Positions 38,873 to 49,970 of a stretch of DNA of 64,000 bases are shown here, one piece after another. How positions within the stretch are numbered: position 1 is the first letter of the stretch; every line of letters starts with the position of its first letter. The stretch is from Octopus vulgaris (lineage: Eukaryota): NCBI GenBank assembly GCA_951406725.2, contig OX597834.1, positions 25,668,001-25,732,000 of the forward strand. Reading direction: 5' to 3'. The position numbers were made by a program, and so were the translations under genes. Under the pieces are notes generated by a model, which saw only the letters and a list, made by a program, of their open reading frames with translations, was not told where the DNA came from and made no database searches.

Positions 38873-39271
38873 TCTAATCTCTCTATATATGAAGCTGAAG
38901 TTGTCTGTGCATGGCAGGTTTGGTAGCCTTCAACTAACACTATCTCCTCCGAGACCCTGCGGTGCAAGTTGACCAAAATTGTGAATATGATAGAAGAAGG
39001 CTTGCTCTTCCTTCCATAGAAGAAAAAATTCAAATCGGACCATGTTAACACCAAAAATTATTTACATCAAAAAGGGTGCTTTTTTTTCTATGAAAATCCC
39101 TATTTTTTACAATTTTTTGACTGCTGTGTTGCCATTTTCTGGTGTATTTCAACCAGAAAAATGTTCACTTAAAGAGAATAACAAGCTACATAATGCAAAA
39201 TTTTCACTTTTCAAAAATTCCAATTCTAAAGGCTCGAAACAAACCCGAGCAACGCCGGGCGATACAGCTAG
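38873..39271 (+). mobile_element. Non-autonomous Helitron with same 3' end as 30042-30703
   Basis: TC start; AAACCCGAGCAACGCCGGGCGATACAGCTAG|T end; unrelated interior. Confidence 0.8.
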
Positions 39272-39490
39272 TAATGAATTTAGGATTTTGTAAGTTCCTT
39301 TCCACGCAACGAGGCAATGGGAAGCGGTTACTGGCATTGTGAAATTGCGTAAAGTAAGCTCTTCTGCATTTCTTGACTGGCAGTTTCCACTCTAATGATT
39401 TGACTAGCTGAAGGCCTGGCACGATGCCCAGCTCCCCGTATCACAGTAACACTGAGTCACAGCTCCTGCAGCAATGAGATCACGGTATAT

Positions 39491-39963
39491 GGCGGCGAGC
39501 TGACAGAAACGTTAGCACGCTGGGCAAAATGCGTAGCCGTATTTCGTCTGCCGTTACGTTCTGAGTTCAAATTCCGCCGAGGTCGACTTTGCCCGTCATC
39601 CTTTCGGGGTCGATAAATTAAGTACCAGTTACGCACTGGGGTCGATGTAATCGACTTAATACCTATGTCTGTCCTTAGTTGTCCCCTCTGTGTTTAGCCC
39701 CTTGTGGGGTAATAAAGAAATAGGTATATGGCGGCGAGCTGGCAGAAACGTTAGCACGCCGGGCAAAATGCGTAGCCGTATTTCGTCTGCCGTTACGTTC
39801 TGAGTTCAAATTCCGCCGAGGTCGACTTTGCCTTTCATCCTTTCGGGGTCGATTAATAAAGTACCAGTTACGCACTGGAGTCGATGTAATCGACTTAATC
39901 CGTTTGTCTGTCCTTAGTTGTCCCCTCTGTGTTTAGCCCCTTGTGTGTAATAAAGAAATAGGT
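39491..39963 (+). mobile_element. Head-to-tail dimer of SINE family C
   Basis: Two full ~239-bp copies, each preceded by GGTATAT. Confidence 0.9.
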
Positions 39964-40642
39964 TTTCTTCGTACATGTACTTCGTTGTCAACAAGCTCCT
40001 CCTTATAAACATTTCGAATGTGTCACAGGTCGAAAGTGTACGATATTTGATAGCATATAAGATACATTACCCTCCCACTACAAAAAAAGTTTTTAAAAGT
40101 ATCCTGGGAGTATATTATATGCTTGAATGCACTAAAAACTTTTTTCCTGCATATACACTTTAATCTCGAATATGAGCTGCGTCTTTTATTCTATAAAATA
40201 CGTTAGTTGACTGACTAATTATAGTATAGTTCACGGTTATATTCCGTCCAGCTATAGACACAGTCACATCCACTCATATTTGTCGTAATATTAATATTAA
40301 AGATATATAAAGCGGCGAACTGGCAGAATCGTTAGCCGGGCTAAATGCTTAACTCCAATTCGTCCGTCTTTACGTCCTGAGAAGGGTGACTTAGCCTTTC
40401 ATCCTCTCGGGGCAGGTAAAATAAATACCAGTGAAACATAGGGACCCCTCCCCAGAAATTGCTGGCCTTGTGTCAAAATTTGAAACCAATATTAAAGATG
40501 CATGATGGAATAACAGAAAGGTCGCTCACAGTGAATCTCCTTCTCTGTAACCCAGGAACAAAAGAATAAAAACCACCGGGCCTCTTCTCATTGCTCCTGG
40601 ACAATCCCATTGGCTTTCTCCTCCGCTCTCTCTTTACTACAG

Positions 40643-40648
40643 GGTTAT
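40643..40648 (+). other. Candidate 6-nt microexon (GGTTAT)
   Basis: Pyrimidine tract CTTTCTCCTCCGCTCTCTCTTTACTACAG, 6 nt, then GTAAGA. Confidence 0.25.
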
Positions 40649-40817
40649 GTAAGAAATGATGACATGCTCTGTTTCATTTACCATTTATCAATTATAAGAA
40701 TTAGAGATTGGTAATTGTCTTAAATGTGACGTTGATGTGCGATTAACTCAACATTAAAACACCCAACAGCATGGAACATTAATTTTCCCCTAATCAAATA
40801 TTTCCATTACGGAATAT

Positions 40818-41090
40818 CACCGTGACCGACCAGGCTATCAGATGTTGCTACACATCGCTAGTCACAATGCGTTCGCATTGTTTTAGCCTTCAAATGACGC
40901 CACCCCGCTGGCTAAGCGAGCAGGCCAACAGAAGAAAGAGTGAGAGAAAGTTGTGGTGAAAGAGTACAGCAGGGATCACCACCCCCTGCCGGAGCCTCGT
41001 GGAGCTTTTATGTGTTTTCGCTCAATAAACACTCACAACGCCCGGTCTGGGAATTGAAACCGCGATCCTAACCACTAGGCCATTGCACCT
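40818..41090 (-). mobile_element. SINE family B head with tail type 3
   Basis: 12-bp TSD ATTACGGAATAT at 40806-40817 and 41091-41102. Confidence 0.88.
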
Positions 41091-41533
41091 ATTACGGAAT
41101 ATAATACCATTATTTATAAATATTTGTTCATTAGAAAGATCTACCGACGACTAGTGTATGATCGAGATTCACAAAATCCAGTGTCGAGTCGAGGTACTTA
41201 GCTACAGATTTTACGTTCAAATCCCACTGTGGACAAATTTTCGGTGTTTCTCGAAAATTTTAACAACTTTTCTTTCTAAATTCATTCAGGTACAACATCG
41301 ATTTTGCGGAACTTTTGAATCCCAAAGGTTTCCAGATTACTAATGTTTTTCGAACCAGGAGTGGTCACTGTAAATAAAGCAAATATTGAATATACTTAGA
41401 TAATGAAATTAAATACATGTACCTGTACATTGGTATAAATGTTACAAGTTTATTCATACTGTACAGTGCAAACCGCCTTGTAAACTAATCTTACGGCTGT
41501 GGGAATTTGAAGTTTTTGCTCGTAAATTAGTAT

Positions 41534-41868
41534 CTGTTTCTTTATTGCCCACAAGGGGCTAAACATAGAGGGGACAAACAAGGACAGACAAACGGATTAA
41601 GTCGATTACATCGACCCCAGTGCTTAACTGGTACTTAATTTATCGACCCCTGCGGAATTTGAACTCAGAACGCAACGACAGACTCAATACCTATTTCTTT
41701 ATTACCCACAAGGGGCTAAACATAGAGGGGACAAACAGGGACAGACATAGGTATTAAGTCGATTACATCGACCCCAGTGCGTAACTGGTACTTAATTTAT
41801 CGACCCCGAAAGGATGAAAGGCAAAGTCAACCTCGGCACTCAATACCGCTAAGTATTTCGCCCGGTGT
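41534..41868 (-). mobile_element. Deleted SINE C tandem flanked by 31-bp direct repeat
   Basis: GAATTTGAAGTTTTTGCTCGTAAATTAGTAT at 41503-41533 and 41869-41899. Confidence 0.85.
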
Positions 41869-41989
41869 GAATTTGAAGTTTTTGCTCGTAAATTAGTATT
41901 GTTGTATTTGTATTCCTATAAGGCATCCAAGATGTGAATCGAATTATAAATAGAAGTCAGCAAGGTGGGTGGGTGGGGGTCTTTTTCGT

Positions 41990-42285
41990 AGTTGCTGGAC
42001 CTGCTAGAAATAACAGCCATTTGGCATTCAGATCGTATACTATCATCTTTAAACAAGAAAGGACAAATTTGTTAATGTAGTTGCAGTGCTTCGCCTAAAA
42101 ATAAGATGATGGTCATGGTTAGACTACCTTGTGATTACGTCTGCGAGGTCAGAGATAACCTGAACCTAAACGACGATAACAAGCTTCGCTCGCTTTACTA
42201 GAAATAGCAGCTAAACCTTTCTCATATTACAATATTGCCATCAAGAAAAAAAAAAGGGAGGACACATTGATAATATAGTCCTAGA
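41990..42285 (+). repeat. Old unclassified dispersed repeat (family G), two copies
   Basis: CTGCTAGAAATA(A/G)CAGC...GGACA(C)ATTG..TAATGTAGT...GGTCATGG; similar at ~5270, 5795, 7180, 31100, 32560, 44220, 49320. Confidence 0.6.
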
Positions 42286-42286
42286 T

Positions 42287-43215
42287 CGGGGTTCTCAACC
42301 ATTTTTTTTTATCTATAGGCCCCTTTAATTACTATTTTATTCAGGTGGACCCCTTATAGCCATTTGGTGTTTAAAAACTTGTTTTATAGAAACTTCTTTC
42401 CTAATTCCCATTTTGTTTTTCACACATCAACTTGTTTAAGTTGAACTATGTAAAATTAGAGAAAGAAACTTAGCTGTTTCTTGCAATGCATACTAATATC
42501 TATATATATAAAACTGTAGTTGTGTGAGTGTCTGTCTCTTACGATTTAGATTCCTAACTCCTCCCACATGGTTGCGGTTCAGTTTCCAAATTGTGGCACC
42601 TTGGGCAAGTGTCTTCTGCTATAGCCCTGGTCTGACCAATGCCTTCTAGTGGATTTCTAGATTTTAAAAACTAATTTAAAGCCTGTCGTATATATGTATA
42701 TATATATAATATATATATATATATGTATGTGTTTGTGTGTCTGTGTTTGTCCCCCTAGCATTGCTTGACAACCGATGCTGGTGTGTTTACGTCCCCGTCA
42801 CTTAGCGGTTCGGCAAAAAGGAGACCGATAGAATAAGTACTGGGCTTACAAAGAATAAGCTGAAAGCCCGGGGTCGATTTGCTCGATTAGTTAGGCGGTG
42901 CTCCAGCATGGCCGCAGTCAAACGACTGAAACAAGTAAAAGAGTAACTAAAGCAAACTTTTTTCAGGGGCACTTAAAATACTATTGTGGTTCCTTAATTT
43001 ACAGTTTTGCTGTGTGGACCCCCCAAAAAAATCTTGTAACAATCAAGATACAATTAGGGGTTGTAAAAACCTATTTGAAATAAATATAGTTTTAGTTTTA
43101 TTATATGCACTTTCTGACAAGTTGTGGTGCACCTGAGCACTGTATACAATAATTTCATTATTATTATTATATAAGACCCTCAGAGGCCCTACAGATCCCC
43201 GGTTGAGAACCACTG
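42287..43215. mobile_element. hAT (Charlie-like) MITE with nested insertions
   Basis: GGTTCTCAACC...GGTTGAGAACCACTG ends; flanks TCCTAGAT/TCCTAGGT; contains Helitron/SINE A mosaic and a CR1 tail (~43100-43170). Confidence 0.7.
42499..42945 (+). mobile_element. Helitron 5' end blended with SINE A
   Basis: First ~70 bp match 30042; then family A with interleaved Helitron-like bases. Confidence 0.75.
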
Positions 43216-43555
43216 TCCTAGGTGTACAATGCCTAAAAGGAGAATGGAATGCTCATGGTCAGAACGATTATAATTACGTGCCTTCACAGTGAGGACTAGC
43301 CTTGATGTAAACAACAATTGTCTTTTTTTTTTTTAAAGATTTGACGGCAGTTTAATATTAAAAGAGGCTGCGCGGTGTCACACACAACACAAAAAGGTCA
43401 GCCAAACAGAGTTGTTCTGATTTAATTACGTTGTCTTGTAATTGTTGTTTCTTCTTCAATACGGTAAAAGAAAAAATATGAAAATAATGGCTATTTTTTT
43501 TTTTTTAGTATTGTGATTTTTTTTCGTTCTTTTTTCTTTTTCTTTCTCCATTCAG

Positions 43556-43565
43556 AAGGTCAAAG
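43556..43565 (+). other. Candidate 10-nt microexon (AAGGTCAAAG)
   Basis: Long polypyrimidine tract ending TTCAG, donor AAG|GTGAGA, downstream (TGAA)n. Confidence 0.3.
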
Positions 43566-44413
43566 GTGAGAGATAGTTTTTAATGAATGAATGAATGAAT
43601 TACTTAACAGAATGAATGAAATCAAGTCAGTGAAACGTGTTGGAATAAAGTGTTATCTTCAACGTCTATAAGACTGGGTTTAGCAATGTGGTGTTCGTCA
43701 GAAGAGATGATAAAACAAGGACAGGATTAGGAAGGGAAAAAAGATAGAAAGATACGCTTGCCATGTCGAAAGCTAATCAAGTGAAGTTTTTTGGCAACTA
43801 GGGTATTTCACTGCTTTTTCAATGCCATAAAAAAATTTCTGTAAAATTGCTAAAAATAGCGAAAGATGTTTGGATAAGAAGTGTCGAAACTATCCTGAGG
43901 AAAAGGGAGAGAGGGTGGTGGTGGTGGTAGTAGTGGTTCTGGTGGTGATGATGAAAGGGTGAACCATCCTGTAAGGCATGAAAATAGCTGTGAATGTTGT
44001 TGGTAAATGTTAAGACTGCACGAATGGTGGGGATAAGACACAGAGCAGGCGGAGTCGAGTTTATGACCAAACTTGTCCTCACACATTAGTAGTAGTAGTA
44101 GTAGTAGTAGTAGAAGTTAACACCCATCGATGACAGAGTAAAGAAACTTATGATGAGAAATTCTTTGCATTTTTTTGTTGTTTTTATTGATCTTATTTGC
44201 TTTGGTATCCACTACAAGACTACATTATCCAATGTAGATATAAGGGTTTTTTTTTTTAAAGGCAGGGTAGGGTGTAGATTTGGGGGAAACTTGTTTCTAG
44301 CGAGTTGGGTAATCCACGTAGAAATTTATGCCTCTACTGATTCGAATAAGTCAATAAAGGCATGCGAGTTCTTGTTTAGCCCTAGGTCAACCCTCAGACT
44401 TATGACTAAAGGC

Positions 44414-44803
44414 GGATCTTTTCGGTTTGAACGACAGTTTTTAAAAATAATTTCCACGTAACTAAACACTTTTAAACTTCGTATACAGGTAGAATGTGTT
44501 ATAAAACATCTTTTTCTCTTGGCTTTATTGAGAAAATTCTATAGTTTGTAAGATATTTGTTTTTTTTTTTTCTTCAATTTCTGCAATTTCAACCAATCAA
44601 TGACGTCTCGTTTAAGAAACAGATTGGGTTTATTTACATTTCTGAAAAAAAAAAAAAGATACCCTTCCCCCCACCCCTTAACCCTAACTAACCCTAACCC
44701 TAAAACAGATTGAAATGCGATAGATCGATACTAGGGTCATAATTATGGGTGACAATTTCATATGACACCGCTAGAAAAACTGCCGTTCAAATCGAAAAGA
44801 TCC
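44414..44803. mobile_element. GG-terminal MITE family 2 (Merlin-like) with telomere-like repeats
   Basis: Perfect 8-bp TSD CTAAAGGC; (TAACCC)-like run 44675-44703. Confidence 0.85.
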
Positions 44804-45709
44804 CTAAAGGCATTATTGTTGTGATCGAAAATGCTTTTTATTTCAGATACAATGTGTCCACAAAATCATCCAATGTGTTCTTTTCTATTTTAAGATGGTA
44901 GGCTATATAGCAAGAGAGATTCAGCTGCTGTTTCTTGCTGGCTGAATGACACGTATAACAGGATCAGGGAGGGGACACATTTTTTTTTTTGTTACTAGTG
45001 GTAGTGGTGATGGTGGTGAAGATGGTAGAAATTTCAAGTGTATAAGACCTTCTTGGGGGTCTGTCACATCTGTAACTGAGAAAAATCACGAATCTTAAAT
45101 TTTATAAATTCATAAGTATGGAAGTGATCATATTAATTAAGCAACATTAATTAAAATATCATGATTGCATTAATTAAACAGTTACGTAATACTTTAAATA
45201 ATTTTATGAAGAATTGGAAGTAACTTGTATTAGATTTCTGTTTTGGTTGGCCTTAAAAGTTTTAAAACTTAATTTTTTTTTTTAATGTATTAAAAAAAAA
45301 AAGCTTTCTTAAGTAGCGGTTTCTAAAATTAATGTGGTGTAATTTTGCCTGTGGGCGGAATGATTCTCATTCCTTGGTGTGAAGGCTTGTAGCTTTTTGG
45401 TTTCAGTATCTGCTCTTTCCTTTTTTGCCAAGGTGGTTGCATTTCCATAAATATTTAGTTCATCTTGTCGAAGCCATACGTTTTCTAAAAAAATAAAAAC
45501 TTCCCCGGGACTTCCTATTACAAAATGAAAGCAACATGTTATCATTATCATCATCATCATCGTCATAACGTTTATTTTCCATGCTGGCATGGGCCTGACA
45601 GAATTTGGTAAGGCAGATTTTCTGTGGCCAGATCCCCTTTCTGTGGTCAGTGTGATATTCTTTGCTTGCAGTCTTCCATGAAAAAACTTGTTTTGCCATG
45701 AGAAAATAT

Positions 45710-45922
45710 TGGTTTCAGATTTTGGCACAAATCCAGCAAGTTCAGGGGAGGGGGCAAGTCGATTACATCAACCCCAGTACACAACTGGTACTTATTTTAT
45801 CAACCCTCAGAAGGATGACAGGCAAAGTTGGCCTCGGCAGAATTTGAATTCAGAACATGAAGATAGATGAAACGTCACTAAGCATTTAGCCTGGTGTGAT
45901 AACAATTCTGCCAGGCTGCCAC
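45710..45922 (-). mobile_element. Old C-like SINE
   Basis: TTTGGCACAA...GATTACATCAACCCCAG...GAATTTGAATTCAGAAC. Confidence 0.7.
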
Positions 45923-46009
45923 CTTTGCCATGAAAGAAGAATATTACCTGGGAAATTTTCCTCTGTCATTATTTCAAATTGCCCAATTAATTTCCCAGTA
46001 TGGTCACAG

Positions 46010-46363
46010 TGAAGGCGCGTGGCTCAGTGGTTAGAGTATCGAGCTTACGATCGTGAGGTTGTGAGCTCGAATCCCGGACCGGGCTGCGTTTTGTGTTCTT
46101 GAGCAAGACACTTTCTTTCACGTTGCTCCAGTTCACTCAGCTGTAGAAATGAATTGCGACATCACAGGTGTCAAGCTGTATCGACCCTTGCCTTTCCCTT
46201 GGACAACATCGGTGACATGGAGAGGGGAGGCCAGTATGCATGGGTGACTGCTGGTCTTCCAAAAAAAAAAACAACCTTGCCCAGACTTGTGCCTCAGAGG
46301 GTAACTCTCTAGGTGCAAACCCATGGTCAGTGTCTGACCGAAGGGGGTCACAAACAACAACAA
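46010..46363 (+). mobile_element. tRNA-derived SINE family D with CORE-like block
   Basis: TGGCTCAGTGGTTAGAG and TCGAATCC boxes; TGTGTTCTTGAGCAAGACACTT...CTCAGCTGTAGAAATG; (CAA)n tail; 11-bp TSD TATGGTCACAG. Confidence 0.88.
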
Positions 46364-46470
46364 TATGGTCACAGCCGAATGTCAGACACCAGTAAAAGAA
46401 TAAAGGAATTCATCATAGACATCAATTTTACATCTGTCCTTCCTGTTGCCAACTCTTAGTCACCTCTTAC

Positions 46471-46824
46471 TTGTACTTGTGGCGACATTCACCCTGGGCA
46501 GGTTGAGTCGGCTTCTTCCTTGGAAGAAGTTTCGTGGGAATATGTGGATTTCACGAGCGGTCCCCAACAATCCCGCATGTAGCGACATCCTGTTTGCCGC
46601 AGACGCAGGGACAGAACGACCGAGGAGCCACCAGTTGCCGAAACAGACACTCCGAGGATTTTCACCAGAATCTGCTGGGTTGTGGCCCTAGTATCACTCG
46701 GTGTCAGACCAATCCGCCTTGGGCGGCCCTACCAGGAACCGAAGTTCCTGACGGCATAGCTCTGACACTAACCCGTTGCCAGCGTCCCCACCACGGTGAG
46801 GAGGGGATGGACTTTGGAGACACA
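46471..46824 (-). mobile_element. RTE-derived non-autonomous retroelement (RTE-like 5' UTR plus short 3' tail)
   Basis: 13-bp TSD AGTCACCTCTTAC at 46458-46470 and 46825-46837; AGAGCTATGCCG...GGTAGGGCCGCCCAAGGCGG resembles the RTE/BovB 5' UTR; ACAAGT-repeat tail. Confidence 0.75.
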
Positions 46825-47221
46825 AGTCACCTCTTACAAGTGCAGGGATGTGTTGTGTACCTATTCAGTGTACCAAAACAAATGAAAATAAATGGGGAAG
46901 CAGGCATGGTTTAGTGGTCAAGATGTTTGCTTCTTAATTATGTGACTTTGGCTCTAGTGTAACTGCACATTATCTTAAGTAAATGCCTGCTGCTATAGAT
47001 ATCTACTGACTCATGCCTTGTGAGGGAAGTTGGTAAATGGAAACTGCAGGAAGCCCATTTTTTTCCTTTGTGTTGTTAACTATGAATCTTGTGTCTCTTT
47101 GATTCTGAGTGTCCTTCATTGAAATTCTAAACCAGCCCAAATATTCTTTCTGTTTTATGTTCAAACTGACCAGATCCAGCCTCTCACACCTAATTGGCAA
47201 TGTCATTCTCAAAATATACAA

Positions 47222-47385
47222 GCGCAGGAGTGGCTGTGTGGTAAGTAGCTTGCTAACCAACCACATGGTTCTGGGTTCAGTCCCACTGCGTGGCATCTTG
47301 GGCAAGTGTCTTCTGCTATAGCCCCGGGCTGACCAATGCCTTGTGAGTGGATTTGGTAGACGGAAACTGAAAGAAGCCTGTCGTA

Positions 47386-47425
<40 letters not shown>

Positions 47426-47645
47426 AGTGTGTGTGTGTATGTTTGTGTGTCTGTGTTTGTCCCCCTAGCATTGCTTGACAACCGATGCTGGTGTGTTTAC
47501 GTCCCCGTCACTTAGCGGTTCGGCAAAAGAGACCGATAGAATAAGTACTGGGCTTACAAAGAATAAGTCCCGGGGTCGATTTGCTCGACTAAAGGCAGTG
47601 CTCCAGCATGGCCGCAGTCAAATGACTGAAACAAGTAAAAGAGTA
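47222..47645 (+). mobile_element. SINE family A inserted in a piggyBac-like MITE (~47125-47750)
   Basis: Full A copy; flanks match the two halves of the 61020 family. Confidence 0.88.
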
Positions 47646-47814
47646 TATCATTGAAATCTCAACGCTATGAGATAATGCATGCTGAATTCAAAGGATTGTG
47701 AATAAATAAGCATTACATTTGACAGAGTAATCTGAGTGCTAAAGAGTTCGACTTGTTTAACGCTTTCTTGGTTCCTTAGTTTAAGGTTGTATATATCATA
47801 CATTGATATTGTGT

Positions 47815-48155
47815 GTGAAGGTGCATGGCTCAGTGGTTAGAGCGTCGAGCTAACGATCGTGAGGTTGTGAGTTCGAATCCCGGACCGGGCTGCGTGTTGT
47901 GTTCTTGAGCAAGACACTTTATTTCACGTTGCTCCAGTTTGCTCAACTGTAGAAATGAGTTGCGATGTCACAGGTGCTAAGCTGTATCGGCCGTTGCCTT
48001 TCCCTTGGATAACACTGGTATTGTGGAGAAGGGAGGCCGCTATGCACGGGCGACTGCTGGTCTTCCATAAAATAACCTTGCCTGGACTTGTGCCTGGGAG
48101 GGTAACTTTCTAGGTGCAATTCCATGGTCAGTCAAGACCGAAGGAGGTCTCAGCA
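47815..48155 (+). mobile_element. SINE family D
   Basis: Collinear with 46010; TSD GATAT(T/C)GTGT. Confidence 0.88.
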
Positions 48156-49200
48156 GATATCGTGTATTTGTTCTTCATAGGAATTCTAATTCTGGCAAGG
48201 GTTATATTTATTTAAGAGATTATGCAGGTTTTCTTGCATATATCTATGTATAAATGCTCACAAATGTTGATAAGCACTGGTGGAGCAAAACTGTGATGAG
48301 TTTGTCATCCTTTGTTGATATAACCAGCTGATCTGCACTTTTGAAGGCCTCTAGAATTAAAAAAAAGAAAAAAAACCGTTACTTGTTAACAGCCACAAAA
48401 TCCAAATTCATGCTAGCAGGGAAAAATGGACATTAAACAAATACACAGGGTTATCCATTGAGCTTCTTTAAAACCTCTATGTTGATCTGACTGTGGCAGA
48501 AGGCACTCACTCAAAGTATTCCATTGTGGGATTGAACTTAGAACTATGTTGTTGTGAAGTAAGCCTCTTAACCACTCAGCTGTGCTTGTCTCTATATTTA
48601 TCATTGTAATGTTTATGTGAAGAACTTTCCTCATTTGCAATGTGGCATCTTTGATTTCAAATCTAAAAATTAAGTACAAATCTGACTCAATCCCTCTCTC
48701 CACCTCATCTTTATCTTGCATTATCTTGTAGCCGTATCACTTTCTATCACCTTCAACTATTAACTTCATTTCTTAGTAATTGCTCTTTTATCAATGTAAA
48801 ACACTTGACTTTGTGTTTCTAACTGTTGTTATCAGTCAGTTGCAAAAAGCTTCATCATACTGCACAATTTGATTAGCTATGAGGGCCTTTGTATGGTTGC
48901 TAGTTCCAGCTAAAAATACTAATAAGGTCTCCCTTACTTTGTATCAAAACAGAAGGTCATGCTTTGGAAGAAATTTGGTTGCTATTTCTAACAAGCTGAG
49001 TGACCATGTAGAAACTCCCTGTACAAAGTTGAACTGCATCATGTCTATTTTAATATATTCCTCTACCATCACAGTTTTTTTTCCTCCCTGCTATATTCAT
49101 TAATTATTGGCTGTTAAATTAATCTAATGATGTTTATAACAAACGTCTGAGAAAATATTCTTGTTTAACAGAGAAATTAAACTCTGTTTATACAGTGCAT

Positions 49201-49231
<31 letters not shown>

Positions 49232-49508
49232 CTGTGTAAGTTGTAGTTTCTGTTTTGCGAAAGGTCGGCAGAGAGCCAAAAGATTTATGGTCAGCTGTAA
49301 CCACCCTGTTTTGCTTTTTATATCCTAGGCTACATTATCTAGCATAAAGTAGCCTTCCTTTTTTGTTTTTTTCTTTTCAAGGCAGGAGGTGGAATTTGAG
49401 GGAGATCTGATTGCTGTTTCTAGCAGATTGATCAAACAGTTAGTTATCTACTTATACATGTACACATATATTCCTAACTATACATGTACATATATTTATG
49501 AACCATAT

Positions 49509-49970
49509 ATTGACCTCCTGGAATCTGTCCAGAGACGTGCAACCAAACGCATACCCTCCATCAGACACCTACCATATTCTGAGCGCCTTGTTTCCCTGGG
49601 CATGGATTCACTGAAGCTCCGGCGTCTGGCGACGGACTTGGTAAACACCCACAAAGTTATCAACCACCTCACCAACAACAACACTGAACACCTTTTTGAT
49701 CTCCATGTGTCTAACACATGTGGACATGCCTACAAAGTCAGAAAACAACACAGCTCCCATGACTTTCGGAAACATTTTTTCACACTCAGAGTTGCTGAAG
49801 CATGGAATAAACTGCCTGCGTCAGTTGTTGACTGCCATGACACTGCATCCTTTAAGGCCCTCATGCTTTCCGAAATCCGCCGAAACTACACCTGATTATA
49901 TATACACTTTAGATGAGTTGTAGTGCACCTGAGCACTGTACACAATTATTATTATTATTATTATTATTAT
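49509..49970 (+). mobile_element. CR1-like LINE 3' end (ORF2 C-terminus, short UTR)
   Basis: IDLLESVQRRATKRIP...YSERL..L...L..RR..TDL...GHAYK...FFTLRVAEAWNKLPASVV; stop at 49895; (TTA)n tail. Confidence 0.92.

Noticed and set aside
46014-46085. tRNA gene (also heads at 9291, 14102, 47819, 55787)
   Set aside because: No proper acceptor stem; continues into SINE body with tail and, in most cases, a TSD.
46760-46824. Canonical HDV-like ribozyme
   Set aside because: A P1-like helix and TCCTCAC loop are present, but no GG for P1.1 and no P2 3' strand were found; kept only as a general structured-RNA candidate.
49389-49895. 168-aa ORF as a host gene
   Set aside because: C-terminus of a 5'-truncated CR1-like ORF2 fused by chance to upstream repeat sequence.
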